From contig JBIJDH010000011.1 of assembly GCA_044344255.1 (NCBI GenBank), positions 179,491 to 243,490 on the forward strand: a stretch of DNA of 64,000 bases. Reading direction: 5' to 3'. A program made the translations under genes and the position numbers. Shown here piece after piece: positions 1-9,730 of the stretch. The notes under the pieces were generated by a model, which did no database searches, was not told where the DNA came from, and was given only the letters and a program-made list of their open reading frames with translations. Each line of letters begins with the position of its first letter. Position 1 is the first letter of the stretch. The stretch is from Myxococcota bacterium (GTDB lineage Bacteria; Myxococcota_A; UBA796; UBA2385).

Positions 1-1
1 C

Positions 2-694
2 AAGCCCGGAGACCTGCTCTTCGCGGACACCTTCCTCCGCACCGACCTCGCCGTCGCCGCCACCCCCTCCTACGTCCGGGCGGGACCGCGGGTGCTCTTC
101 GCGCCGATCGCCGTCTTCAACCTCGAGCTCAGCGCGCTCGGCTCCCGCTACTTCGGCACCTTCACCTCCGTGGTGGGCTTCCCCGAGCCCGACGCCGTGC
201 CCGACGCCGCGGCGATGGAGGCCGCCGTCGAGGCCGGGCAGCGCGGCACCGCCTGGCAGACCCGCGTGGGCAGCCTCGCGACCCTCCAGGGCAAGGTGGG
301 GCCCGTCGTGGCCGTGCTCCTGTGGGACCAGGCCCACTGGGACACCTGGCCGAGCGAGGAGGTGGTGGGCGACTACCTCTTCGAGCCCGAGGCGAGCCTC
401 ATCATCGCGCGTCACGACGACACCTGGGGCCTCAGCAGCCTGCTGCTCTACCAACACCGCCTGGGCGAGTGGACGGCGCGGGCCGGCCTCTACGAGAACC
501 ACCTCCGCAGCATGACCACGAAGGACGAGCTGCTGCGGCTCGGCCCGGTGGTGCAGCTCACCGAGCCCGAGGGGCGGTGGAGCTACCTCCTGCTCGTGCA
601 GGCCCACCTCGTCGAGCGGAGCTGGGAGGACCCCTTCCCCCCCTTCATCGCCGCGCGGGCCGCCTACGTGTGGAAGCCGCCGCCGATGCCCTGA
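2..694 (+). CDS. hypothetical protein, 5'-truncated by the window edge
   Basis: Frame is open from position 2 (KPGDLLFADTFLR...) through the listed ORF 92..694, with GC3-rich codons; no recognisable motif. Confidence 0.6.
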   Translation, partial: KPGDLLFADTFLRTDLAVAATPSYVRAGPRVLFAPIAVFNLELSALGSRYFGTFTSVVGFPEPDAVPDAAAMEAAVEAGQRGTAWQTRVGSLATLQGKVGPVVAVLLWDQAHWDTWPSEEVVGDYLFEPEASLIIARHDDTWGLSSLLLYQHRLGEWTARAGLYENHLRSMTTKDELLRLGPVVQLTEPEGRWSYLLLVQAHLVERSWEDPFPPFIAARAAYVWKPPPMP

Positions 695-1683
695 GCGCCG
701 CGCACCCCGCGCCCCTGCTCCCCCGCTCCGGCGCGCTCGGCGACCATCTCCCGCAGGGCGGCCTCCACCGGGCCGGGGCTCCAGCCGAGCTCATCGCGGG
801 CCCGCGCCCCGCTGCGGTAGCGGACGAGGCTCATCTGCTCGAGGGCCCCGGAGATCGGGCCGAGGCCGGGGAGGCGCCGCAGCAGACGGGCCGTGCGGGA
901 GGGCAGGGGCAGGACGAGGGGATGACGCCCCATCAATCGAGCGATTCTGACAATAACATCGGCGTAACGAAGGTTCTCCGCGCCGAGCAGGTACCGCCGG
1001 CCCGACTCCCCGTGCGTGTACGCGAGGATATGGCCGCGGCCCACATCCTCGACGCCCACGAAGCACTTGCCGCCCGGCGGCGCGGCGATGACGGGGAGGC
1101 GGGCGGCCCGCAGCAGCGGCCCGGTGACCACGCCGCCGACGTCACCCGGCCCCACCACGTAGTCGGGGTTGACGATCCAGCCGCCGGCCGCGGTCACCAG
1201 GGCCTCGGCGGCGAGCTTGGTGGCCCGGTAGGCGGCGGGTGTCCCCCGCAGCGGGGTGCGCGGGTCCTCGCTCGGCCCCTCCTCGACGCCGGGCTGCAGC
1301 GCATCTCCGAAGCCGGTGGTGATCGAGGAGGAGGTGTAGACCACGGGCAGGCCGAGGGCGAGCACCGCGCGGGTGCCCTCCACGTTGAGGCGCTGCATCC
1401 GGGCCTCGCCGCCCGGCCGGTCGTCCCAGACCCCCGCCACATGGAAGACGAGCCCGACCCCCTCCGCCGCCTCGCCGAGGCCCTCCGGCAGGCCCCGACG
1501 GAGGTGTCGCACCCCCGCCGGCCAGCGCGGGTGCGGCGGCGCGGGATCGAGCACCACGACCTCGACGCCCGCCGCGCACAGGGCCCGGACGACGCCGTGG
1601 CCCACGAAGCCGGCCCCCCCGGTGACGAGCGCGCGGGCGGGGAGGGGGCGGGGGCTCGACAGGGGGCGGGGAGGGGGCGTCAT
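664..1683 (-). CDS. NAD-dependent epimerase/dehydratase (extended SDR, HpnA/dihydroflavonol reductase-like)
   Basis: ALVTGGAGFVG Rossmann motif, NVEGT, YTSS, catalytic YRATK (YxxxK), GRRYLLG. Confidence 0.85.
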   Translation of the reverse strand: MTPPPRPLSSPRPLPARALVTGGAGFVGHGVVRALCAAGVEVVVLDPAPPHPRWPAGVRHLRRGLPEGLGEAAEGVGLVFHVAGVWDDRPGGEARMQRLNVEGTRAVLALGLPVVYTSSSITTGFGDALQPGVEEGPSEDPRTPLRGTPAAYRATKLAAEALVTAAGGWIVNPDYVVGPGDVGGVVTGPLLRAARLPVIAAPPGGKCFVGVEDVGRGHILAYTHGESGRRYLLGAENLRYADVIVRIARLMGRHPLVLPLPSRTARLLRRLPGLGPISGALEQMSLVRYRSGARARDELGWSPGPVEAALREMVAERAGAGEQGRGVRGAQGIGGGFHT

Positions 1684-2678
1684 GCCCGCCCCCGGCGGTC
1701 CCAGCGCGCGCCGGCCTGAAAGGCCCGCGACCGGCTGAGGTCATCGAGGATGAGCCGGATGGAGCGGGCGGTGTCGGGGTCCGGATCGAGGCGCTGCGCC
1801 GCCTGGAGCTGCTGGTAGGCGGTGGGGACCTGCCCGCTGTGGAGGTTGTGACGGGCAGAGGCGAGGAGCTGCTTGGCCCGCTCCTCGGTGGGCGTGCCCG
1901 GCCTCGGCCGACCGGCCCCCTCTCCGAGCCCGAGGCCGGTGAAGCGGACGAGGCCGCCGAGGGCGAGGCCGCCGAGGAAGCCGCCGACGTGGGCGACGTG
2001 CGCCACCGCGCCGCCGCCGGTGCCATCGGCGCTGAGCAGCATGGGGACGAGGTTGTCCCAGAGGAGGTAGACGACCAGCACGAGCCGCGCCGAGACGTTG
2101 AAGACCCGCACGAAGATGGGGAAGAGGAAGAGGAGGATCCGCACCGTGTTGTGCGGGAAGAGCACGAAGTAGAGGCCGAGCAGGCCGGAGATCGCGCCCG
2201 AGGCCCCGACGAGCGGCACCTCGGGGGAGGTGGCGACGGCGGCATAGCCGAGGGTCGCGAGGGCGCCGGTGAGCAGGTAGGCCAGGAGCGCGGGGAGGCG
2301 CCCCAGCCGGTGCTCCACGTTGTCGCCGTAGATCCAGAGGAACAGCATGTTCCCGAAGAGGTGCAGGAGCCCGCTGTGCATGAACATCGACGAGAACAGC
2401 GTGAGCAGGCGGGGCTCTGCGGGCCGGAAGCCGAACTGGAAGACCGCGAGGTCCCAGGCGGTCACCGAGATCTGGGCCGAGTGGAGGTCGAGCTCGGGTG
2501 CGCGCTGCTGGAGCGCCTCCAGCCAGCCGGAGAATGCAGGATCAAACGGATCTACCTGCACACCCGACAAGGGGAGGGTGTAGACGAGGTAGATGAGCAC
2601 GTTGGCGCCGATCAGGCCCCAGCTCACCCAAGGGGTGTACCCGGGGGGGTTCGGCGCGTCGCCGATCGGCAGCAGCAT
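1680..2678 (-). CDS. rhomboid family intramembrane serine protease
   Basis: MFMHSGLLHLFGNMLFLWIYGDNVE, catalytic GASGA, AHVAHVGGF; multiple TM segments. Confidence 0.9.
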   Translation of the reverse strand: MLLPIGDAPNPPGYTPWVSWGLIGANVLIYLVYTLPLSGVQVDPFDPAFSGWLEALQQRAPELDLHSAQISVTAWDLAVFQFGFRPAEPRLLTLFSSMFMHSGLLHLFGNMLFLWIYGDNVEHRLGRLPALLAYLLTGALATLGYAAVATSPEVPLVGASGAISGLLGLYFVLFPHNTVRILLFLFPIFVRVFNVSARLVLVVYLLWDNLVPMLLSADGTGGGAVAHVAHVGGFLGGLALGGLVRFTGLGLGEGAGRPRPGTPTEERAKQLLASARHNLHSGQVPTAYQQLQAAQRLDPDPDTARSIRLILDDLSRSRAFQAGARWDRRGRA

Positions 2679-2819
2679 GGTCGACCTCGACAGAAGGCGG
2701 TCTCGGAGAGCTAACGTCGGGTGGACGTGTCAGCGGACCACCTCCTCTCCACCCGAAAGCCCCGGAAAGGGCCTCGGCAGGCGACGGGATATGCGCACGA
2801 CCACCCCCGGGGTCTCCGC

Positions 2820-3941
2820 ATGGCCTTCTGGTCTCCCAAGCCGGTCTCTCCACCTCCGAGCCCCGATCCCACGAATTGCAGCTTCTGCGGCAAGGAGCGG
2901 ATCGCGGTGAAGAAGCTGATCGCCGCGCCGAAGGTGGCGATCTGCGACGAGTGCGTCCGACTGAGCCAGGACATCCTCGATGAAGAGGCGCTCGGCGCGC
3001 TGCCCCCGCCGCCCGAGAGCGTCAACCAGCTCCGCGGCCCGCTCGACCGCGCCGTCGTCGGGCAGCCCGCGGCCACCCGGGCGGTGGCGGTCGCGCTGTT
3101 CCGCCACCTGCGCGGGCTCAGCCTGAAAAGCAAGGAGCCGGCGAGCCGCGCTCCCCGGCTCCTGCTGATCGGCCCGCGGGGGAACGGGAAGTCCACCCTC
3201 GCGCGCGCGTTGTGCGCGGCCGAGCTCAGCGGGCTCCCCGCCTACCACGCAGACGCCAGCGCCCTCTCCGAGACCGGCTACGTCGGAGAGAACGTCGAGA
3301 ACCTCTTCGGGGCGCTGCTCGGGCGGGCGCCCAACGATGAGGTGGGGCGCCGCGGCCTCCTCGTCCTGGACGGGCTCCACCACCTCGTGCGGCAGCGGCC
3401 ACCGGAGGGCACCCGGGACGTGTCGGGGCGGGAGGTCCAACGCGACCTCGTCCGCCTGCTCGACGGGCTCTCGCTGCAGCCCACCCGCGGCGGCCCCCGA
3501 CACCCGATGAACCCCCAGCCGCTGGTGTCGGCCGATCGGCTCTTCGTGATCGCCCTCGCCACCTTCGAGGTGGAGGCCGACGACGAGCAGGGCCTCCGCG
3601 CGCGCCTGCGAGCGGCCGGCCTCGTCGACGAGCTGCTCAGCCGCTTCGATCGGATCGTGCTCATGCCCCGGCTCGACTCCCCGAGCCTGCGCCAGGTCCT
3701 CCAGCGCGCCCTGACGGAGCTCAGCGCCGAGTTCGCCCCCCTCGGCGTCCCGATCGAGGCCGCAGGCGGCGAGGAGCGCCTGATCGCGGCGGCGCTCCAC
3801 TCCCCAGACGGCGCCTACGCGCTCCAGCCTCCCCTCGCCCGCCTCGCCGAGCGGGCCCTCCTTGAGGCGCCCCGCCGCTGGGCGCTCGACGACGCCCTGG
3901 CAGAGGCGCTGCTCCAGCGCGAGCCCCCCGTCGGGGGCTGA
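2820..3941 (+). CDS. ClpX-like protein (C4 zinc finger + degenerate AAA+ domain)
   Basis: CSFCGK...ICDEC zinc finger, Walker A GPRGNGKST, GYVGE pore loop, RDVSG pore-2; Walker B reads LVLDG; ATG at 2820 chosen as start. Confidence 0.8.
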   Translation: MAFWSPKPVSPPPSPDPTNCSFCGKERIAVKKLIAAPKVAICDECVRLSQDILDEEALGALPPPPESVNQLRGPLDRAVVGQPAATRAVAVALFRHLRGLSLKSKEPASRAPRLLLIGPRGNGKSTLARALCAAELSGLPAYHADASALSETGYVGENVENLFGALLGRAPNDEVGRRGLLVLDGLHHLVRQRPPEGTRDVSGREVQRDLVRLLDGLSLQPTRGGPRHPMNPQPLVSADRLFVIALATFEVEADDEQGLRARLRAAGLVDELLSRFDRIVLMPRLDSPSLRQVLQRALTELSAEFAPLGVPIEAAGGEERLIAAALHSPDGAYALQPPLARLAERALLEAPRRWALDDALAEALLQREPPVGG

Positions 3942-3970
3942 GCCCTGCGGCCTCTCCCCCCCAGGCGCCC

Positions 3971-5572
3971 TCAGCGGACGCCGTGCGCCACCACCGCGCC
4001 GCCGCCATTACAGGCATCCGAGGCCCCGCCCTCACACTCCCCGTTGGTGCAGCTCAGATCCAGCGTGGCGCCGCCGAAGAGATCGCCCGAGGCGTCGTAG
4101 ACCCCGTCCGGGGCGTTGACGTCGGCCCCGGAACCGAGCGCCACCGCGCTGAAGGAGAGGTCCGTCGAGCAGCCGAAGGTGACGAGGCCGCCCACGCCGG
4201 TCGAGGTGTTCCGGCTGAAGCTCCCACCAGACTGGGTCCAGCTACCGCCCTCGAGGGTCACGATCCCAGACAACGGCGACGAATTGTCCGAGAAGGTGGT
4301 GCCCGACACCGTGGCGGAGACCGCGCTCGCTCCGAACATGTACCAGGCTCCCCCCATATACCCGGCGTAGTTATCATCAAATGCGCCGCCGCTCACCGTC
4401 ACGTTCACGCCCGTCGTGGCCAGCGCGCCCCCGTTGGTCGGCGCGGAGTTGTTGGAGAAGGTGACGTCGGTGAGGGACAGGGTCTCCGTCCCGGAGAAAG
4501 AGAGGACGTAGATCGCTCCGGCCATCGACGAAGCGGTGTTCGACACAAAGGTGGTGTTGTCGATCGAGACCGCGCCTGGGGAGTTGAAGAACGCCGCCGC
4601 GCCGGCGGTCCCGCTGTTGGTGCTGAAGGTCGCCCCGGAGATGCTCGCCGAGCCGCCGGACATGAAGAGCGCGCCGCTGTTCCCTCCGCTGGCATTGCCG
4701 GAGAGCGTGGTGCCGTCCACGGAGAGCGCGCCCCCGAACATGGTGATCGCCCCATAGCTGCCCGAGTAATTGTCGGTGATGGAGCCTCCGTTGATGTTGA
4801 TCTCAGAGGTCCCGGTCCACATGCCGGCGCCATCCTGACCGGAGATGACGGAGTCATTCATCTCGAAGCTCGCATCGGCGGGGAGGTTGACCCCCGTCCA
4901 GCCGTCCACCAGCTCCACACGGTGGAGCGCGACATCCGAATCCGCACCTCCGTAAACCGCGCAATAGCCGCCGGTCACCCGGATGTCGGAGACGGTCGCG
5001 ACCGAGCTGTCCGCGATCCAGATCCCATAGGCGTCCGCGTTCACCCGGAAGGTCGTGTCGTCGCCCCCTTCGATGGCGCTCTCACCGCTCATGGTGATGG
5101 CGACCGGCCATTCTCCGCCACAGACGCGGAGGGTCGCGTCCACGAGATCGATCACGGCGGGGGCCTCGTCGGTGGCGGCGTCGAGGGTGGCGGTCATGTC
5201 GACCGGGTCGGCGCCGTCCGCGAGGAGCCAGTGGCCGCCGTCGTCCTGGCCATCGCAGTCCTGGTCCACACCATCACACCAGAGCTCGGCCGCCCCGGGG
5301 TGGATGGTGGGGTCGCCATCGTTACAATCATCGGCCTCGAGCACGCCGTCGCCGTCGGCGTCCACGTCGACCGGGTCGGTGTCGGCGTCCGCGTCGCTGT
5401 CGGCGTCGCTATCGGCGTCCGCGTCGCTGTCGGCGTCGCTGTCCGCATCCGTGTCGGCGTCACCCTCTTCTGCAGAATTCCCCGAGCTGTCTTCTTTGTC
5501 ACCACAGGCGGCGAGCGACAGGGACAGGGAGAGAGAGGCAACAAGGGAAAAGGAGAGCGAGGCGAGGCGCAT
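3971..5572 (-). CDS. surface lipoprotein with DAD(S/T) linker, DCND...PGA..CDG.DQDCDG metal-binding motif and beta-helix (GGA...FxxN) repeats
   Basis: Lipobox LAAC; repeated FSxN.A...GGA motifs typical of Pmp/pectin-lyase-like beta-helices. Confidence 0.75.
   Translation of the reverse strand: MRLASLSFSLVASLSLSLSLAACGDKEDSSGNSAEEGDADTDADSDADSDADADSDADSDADADTDPVDVDADGDGVLEADDCNDGDPTIHPGAAELWCDGVDQDCDGQDDGGHWLLADGADPVDMTATLDAATDEAPAVIDLVDATLRVCGGEWPVAITMSGESAIEGGDDTTFRVNADAYGIWIADSSVATVSDIRVTGGYCAVYGGADSDVALHRVELVDGWTGVNLPADASFEMNDSVISGQDGAGMWTGTSEININGGSITDNYSGSYGAITMFGGALSVDGTTLSGNASGGNSGALFMSGGSASISGATFSTNSGTAGAAAFFNSPGAVSIDNTTFVSNTASSMAGAIYVLSFSGTETLSLTDVTFSNNSAPTNGGALATTGVNVTVSGGAFDDNYAGYMGGAWYMFGASAVSATVSGTTFSDNSSPLSGIVTLEGGSWTQSGGSFSRNTSTGVGGLVTFGCSTDLSFSAVALGSGADVNAPDGVYDASGDLFGGATLDLSCTNGECEGGASDACNGGGAVVAHGVR
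5374..5465 (-). repeat. Asp-Ala-Asp-Ser/Thr low-complexity coding repeat
   Basis: gtcggcgtc(gct/cgc) repeats encoding GDADTDADSDADSDADADSDADSDADADTD. Confidence 0.85.
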
Positions 5573-5701
5573 GGGAGGCTCCAATCTGCGTTCAAGGCCA
5601 GCATCCGCTGACCCTCCCTGGATAGGACATCCGCGTCTCCCTGCCATCCCTCACACTTCCCACAGGCCCACGGTGACGGGGTGGCTCCCCAAGGGCGGGG
5701 A

Positions 5702-5920
5702 CGCCCCACCTCGCAGCTCCGCGCCGCCATCTCGGCGTCGGCGGGGCGCTCGAGCCGCGCCGCGCCGATCTCCGTCTCCACGCGCTCGATCTCGAAGCTC
5801 AGGAGCCCGCCGCCGCACGTCGAGGCCGCGCCCTCCTGCGACCTGTGGACGCTGTGCATCCGGCAGATGAACTCCTCCCCGAAACGGTCGACGATGTCCG
5901 ACGACCAGGCGGGGTCGACG
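5702..5920 (-). pseudogene. decayed, internally deleted copy of the 3' part of the lipoprotein gene at 13979..14707
   Basis: Translates IVDRFGEEFICRMHSVHRSQEGAASTCGGGLLSFEIERVETEIGAARLERPADAEMAARSCE versus VVDRFGDEFVYRMHNIHRS[...]EEGATSKCGGGLLSFEIERVEAETGPVRLERPADAEMAARSCE; stop codon lost. Confidence 0.8.
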
Positions 5921-6109
5921 CGGCTCCCGCAGTGAACTGACGGTGGGCACGGAGGGCGACAGGGAGTGATCCATCATCAGCCGCAGTGGAGCCGGGGATG
6001 GCGGTCTCGATGGCGGCGTTGACCTGGCCGTGAATGGACATGGCTTGCTCCGCTTGATTCAGGAGGTTTGAGAGCGCGGAGCCAACCCGGCCGGGCGCTC
6101 TGTCCCGCC

Positions 6110-9100
6110 TCAGGTCCGACCGCGCCGTCGCGCCAACTGAGAGGCGTAGATCCGCCGCAAGAAGTCGTACAAGACCAGCTCCGTCGCCCGCTGAGCGCCA
6201 CGTAAGAGGCGGTTGGCCTGCATATGGAGGTAGCTCGCCCCGAGATCTTGGATGGTCACGCAGAGCTGGCCCTGCCGAGCCGCGGCCCGCAGCTCCTGAA
6301 CGATCGGGGCCAGGCGGAGGGACCGCGCTGCCAACAGAGAGAGCCCGGGCGCCAACGCATCGTCTCCTGACCCGGAGGGATCCCAGAGCAAGTCAAGACC
6401 TGGCCGCTGGGCGCGATAATTGGCGTCGAGCTGCCGCTCGAAGGGGGGCGTGACGCCAAACTCCTCGGCGAACCCGCGCCCAATCGCCACCACCAGCGCT
6501 GACTTTTCGGGGATGCTGAGGCCGATATCGTTGAGCAGGAGATCCATTCCGCGCAGGGCGAAGCGCCACCGCAAGTCATTGCCCTCATCACCGGACAGGA
6601 GCTCCACAATCCCGAGCGCGGCCTCGCTGTCGGCCTCGAAGAGCCGCTCGGAGAGGGCCATCCCGACGGGGCCACCGTAACGCTCGACCTCCCGCTCGTA
6701 GGTGTCGAGCTGGAGCCGCCAGACCTGCCCACCCTCCAGGAGCGGCGCGACACACGCATAGAGGGCCGGGGCGATCTGCTGCCACAAGAGCCCTGGTTCT
6801 GCCTCGATGCGGAGGCGCAGATGCCAGTCGGGGTCACCGTACCGAATGAAGAACCAACGCTCGGCCCCCGCTTCCCGGGCGAGCTCCGTCAGGGGACGCA
6901 CCACCCGCCGGAGCACCTCATCCGCCGTGGCGGTGCCGGTGTAGAGCTTTGCGTAGAGCCAGCGCGAGCCCGGAGCAAAGGCGCGCGGGAAGAGGTGGAG
7001 CGCCGGGCTCTCTCCCGGCCGGGTCACCCGCGGGGGGCTCCCGGTCGGGGCCGTCGGGCCGACCGCGGCGGCATCAGGGATCACGGGGAAATCAGGGATC
7101 ACGGGGACATCAGAGGTCACGAGGAAGGGGACCACCAGCTCATGCGTAAAACGACCCTCCGAACCCTCACAGAGCAGCTCGTCATAGGCCGGAAAGACCT
7201 CGCGGAGCTCGACCTCGGCCCCCTCCTCGAGCAGCGCCGCGAAGGCCTCCACGCTCAGAACATTGTCGAAGTCGATGGGGAGCGTGTTGTCGCCTTGTCC
7301 GAAGAGCAGGCGACACGGGAGGGCGCGCTGCTTCCGGAGCTCCTGGGCGCGCAGGAAGCGCTCATCCCCCCTCGCGAGGCGCAGTGGCCGGACTTCGGAG
7401 GGCTGCAACACCCAGGTCGCGAGGGAGAGCACCAACCTCCCGTGAGAGACCCGAGGCAGGAAGGGCGCTCTCGCTAACGATCCCCAGCTCCAGCAGAGAT
7501 TGTACCCGTCGCTCCGTAAGAGGCACAGGAGCTGGTAGAGGCCCAGGTCGGCGCCAGCAAAGTCGTGGGTGTTCGCCATACGGGGGATGATGGTTCGATT
7601 GAGCCGCACGGATCGCAGACGCACCCGACCGCCCTGCACCGAGATCATCAGATCCTGTACTGGGATCTGCGCTTCCGCCTCGGCCGCGGAGGCCCCCAGG
7701 TACGGGATCTCGTAGCGCCGCAGGCGGGGCCGGCAGATGATGTTTCCCGCGCGCCCCGCCGGCAGATGGATGATCTCTGCGAAGATCTCGTCCGGAGAGG
7801 ATGCCTCCTCTTGGCGCATATGCGCCTCGACCCCGGCACGAAGCAAAGGGTCCACATGGCAGAAGCGCCCGAGCAAGTTCGAGCCCCCCGCGGAGGCCTC
7901 CAACCACAGCTTGAATCGCCCCGCGCTCGCTTCCGCCGCCGAGGGCGCCGCCACGCTGGCTCGTACGGCGATTGAGGCGGGGAGCGGCACCGGCGCCGTC
8001 ACCCGAAGCGCATGGAGATCATCCTGACAAAGTATGATCTCCCTGGCACCGTCTTGGATTGCTCTGTGCATTATGCGCAATAGATGGGGATCACGCGGGT
8101 CGCCTGGGGAGGGGCGGGCCGCGGCCGGAAAGTCCAGCTTCGCCAGGAGGGGTGAGCACTCTTCCGCTCCGGCTCCGACCCCGCCGATGCCACAGTCCTC
8201 ATCGAGGGCCTCCAGCAGCGGCACCTCGCGCCCCTCATACCGAGCCACAAACCTGCGCCTGAAGTCTTCGAAGGGGTCAACCGCGGGGCTGAGGCTGTGC
8301 AGGAGCGCCAGCCCCCGCCTCATCTCATCGATGAGCTCTCGCCCCAGGGTCGCCTCGAGGGCCGGCCTGGTCATGTCCACCTGGAGGAGCCGAGGCAGCT
8401 CCACCTGCGCAGGCAGCCGCTCCAGCGAGGCGGCGATACGGAGATAATGATCCGGAGGCGCACCCAGACCCCCTCTGTCGAGGTCCTCGATCAGGATGGC
8501 CGTCTCCCGGAGGATATCGGCGAATGGTCTGCTCTCTTCTGAAGCCGAGAGGCATTCGATCAAGGAGGAGATGGGCTGTGCCGCCGTGACCGATGGCTCG
8601 AGCAGAGGCACCAGAAGCTGACTGTCGATGAGCGTATGAACGAAGGCATACGCCTCGACCAGGCTGATCTCGTCAGAGACAAGCACGGAGCAGAGCTCGT
8701 CGAAACCGGCTGTGGCGCGCGCCCTCTCTAGTATCGCCAACAGGTAGTCCGTCGGCTCCACAGAGACGAGGTGATAGCTTCGCTCTCGACCCCCACGCCA
8801 TTCAACATACCGGATCCGACCTGCGGACCCGTAGAGGCTTGTGTTCGTGGTATACGAGAAGCTGCGCCGCAGCGCGCGGTCGGCGGTCAGCGCCTCTGTG
8901 AATACACAGAGGTAGTGCATGTCCAAGCGGCTGTGGCGCCGAAGCTCGGACCGCGGAGACAAGGAGAGCACAGTTGCTGCGCCCATGGTGCCGGTGGAGG
9001 TGCCAGCGAAGAGGCCAAAGGGGGTGGGCCGGCCAGCCATGCGCTGGAGGTAGCGCACGAGTGCCCTCTCGACCCTCGAGCCCCGATCGCTGTCCGGCGC

Positions 9101-9469
9101 CGCAAGCCAGGTGGGCAAATGCGCGCTGAGGCTGGGAGAGGCGACGAAGAGCGCCTCCCGAATGACCGGGTCCTTGAGCTTCTCCCGCAAGAAGGCGCGC
9201 AGTCGCTGCCTGTCCTGCGCCAGCGCAGGGCCGAGCTCCGCTTGAGCTTCGGCTTCGCTCGCCCCCACCGCGCAGAGACCGTCGCCGAAGGCGAGGAGCA
9301 CCCCAATGGGCAGGAGCGGAGTACGAAAGGCAAAAAAGTCCCCCGCTATGAAGGTTAACGGGGAGGTCAACGGGGAGCTCAACAGGGGGCTCAACAGGGG
9401 GCTCAACGGGGGTGTCACCGACGGAGAGATGGCGTTCCCTCGAGAGAGACCGCCCCGACGCGCGCGCAT
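6110..9469 (-). CDS. lanB: lantibiotic dehydratase, full-length LanB (glutamylation + elimination domains)
   Basis: FRTPLLP, EALFVASPSL, RMAGRPTPFGLFAG, LLGRF, GNIICRP, FLPRV, GDNTL; C-terminal WLYAKLY, WFFIRYGDPDWHLRLR, YEREVERYGG, HMQANRL; start uncertain. Confidence 0.92.
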   Translation of the reverse strand: MRARRGGLSRGNAISPSVTPPLSPLLSPLLSSPLTSPLTFIAGDFFAFRTPLLPIGVLLAFGDGLCAVGASEAEAQAELGPALAQDRQRLRAFLREKLKDPVIREALFVASPSLSAHLPTWLAAPDSDRGSRVERALVRYLQRMAGRPTPFGLFAGTSTGTMGAATVLSLSPRSELRRHSRLDMHYLCVFTEALTADRALRRSFSYTTNTSLYGSAGRIRYVEWRGGRERSYHLVSVEPTDYLLAILERARATAGFDELCSVLVSDEISLVEAYAFVHTLIDSQLLVPLLEPSVTAAQPISSLIECLSASEESRPFADILRETAILIEDLDRGGLGAPPDHYLRIAASLERLPAQVELPRLLQVDMTRPALEATLGRELIDEMRRGLALLHSLSPAVDPFEDFRRRFVARYEGREVPLLEALDEDCGIGGVGAGAEECSPLLAKLDFPAAARPSPGDPRDPHLLRIMHRAIQDGAREIILCQDDLHALRVTAPVPLPASIAVRASVAAPSAAEASAGRFKLWLEASAGGSNLLGRFCHVDPLLRAGVEAHMRQEEASSPDEIFAEIIHLPAGRAGNIICRPRLRRYEIPYLGASAAEAEAQIPVQDLMISVQGGRVRLRSVRLNRTIIPRMANTHDFAGADLGLYQLLCLLRSDGYNLCWSWGSLARAPFLPRVSHGRLVLSLATWVLQPSEVRPLRLARGDERFLRAQELRKQRALPCRLLFGQGDNTLPIDFDNVLSVEAFAALLEEGAEVELREVFPAYDELLCEGSEGRFTHELVVPFLVTSDVPVIPDFPVIPDAAAVGPTAPTGSPPRVTRPGESPALHLFPRAFAPGSRWLYAKLYTGTATADEVLRRVVRPLTELAREAGAERWFFIRYGDPDWHLRLRIEAEPGLLWQQIAPALYACVAPLLEGGQVWRLQLDTYEREVERYGGPVGMALSERLFEADSEAALGIVELLSGDEGNDLRWRFALRGMDLLLNDIGLSIPEKSALVVAIGRGFAEEFGVTPPFERQLDANYRAQRPGLDLLWDPSGSGDDALAPGLSLLAARSLRLAPIVQELRAAARQGQLCVTIQDLGASYLHMQANRLLRGAQRATELVLYDFLRRIYASQLARRRGRT
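9355..9412. repeat. 12-bp degenerate tandem repeat (about 5 copies) near the 5' end of lanB
   Basis: ttaacggggagg/tcaacggggagc/tcaacagggggc/tcaacagggggc/tcaacggggg; encodes PLSPLLSPLLSSPLTSPLT. Confidence 0.75.
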
Positions 9470-9497
9470 CGGGGCGGTTGAGCTCGGAGTGCGTGGA

Positions 9498-9617
9498 TCA
9501 GTAGGTCCACTTGATCTTGTTGTAGGAGCTGGTCTCGCCGGCCTTCACGTTGGTCTTCACCTTGAAGTCCTTGGCGGTGGTCTTGACGAGGTTGAGCTTG
9601 GGGGTGGTGGTGTCCAT
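9498..9617 (-). CDS. putative RiPP precursor peptide, 39 aa (MDTTTPKLNLVKTTAKDFKVKTNVKAGETSSYNKIKWTY)
   Basis: GGAG RBS just upstream of ATG 9617, strongly GC3-biased codons, immediately upstream of lanB, Ser/Thr-containing C-terminus after KVKTNVKAG. Confidence 0.8.
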   Translation of the reverse strand: MDTTTPKLNLVKTTAKDFKVKTNVKAGETSSYNKIKWTY

Positions 9618-9687
9618 GAGTGCTCCGGAGTGAACGGCATCAGCGCCTGTTGAATGGATACCCGGCGCCCCCGGCCCGCACATCCTT

Positions 9688-9730
9688 CATGGATCTTACA
9701 TCCATGGATCTTACATCCATGGATCTCACA
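9688..9730. repeat. 15-bp tandem repeat (about 3 copies) overlapping the stop codon of the Cys-cluster gene; contains ATCCATGGAT palindromes
   Basis: catggatcttacatc catggatcttacatc catggatctcaca. Confidence 0.85.

Noticed and set aside
1680..2678. Rhomboid as the sorting enzyme for the CTERM-tailed proteins
   Set aside because: Looks like a generic rhomboid; rhombosortase acts on GlyGly-CTERM, not the Cys-containing tails seen here
6110..9617. Standard class I lanthipeptide or thiopeptide cluster
   Set aside because: No LanC, no YcaO or pyridine synthase, and no Cys in the adjacent peptide
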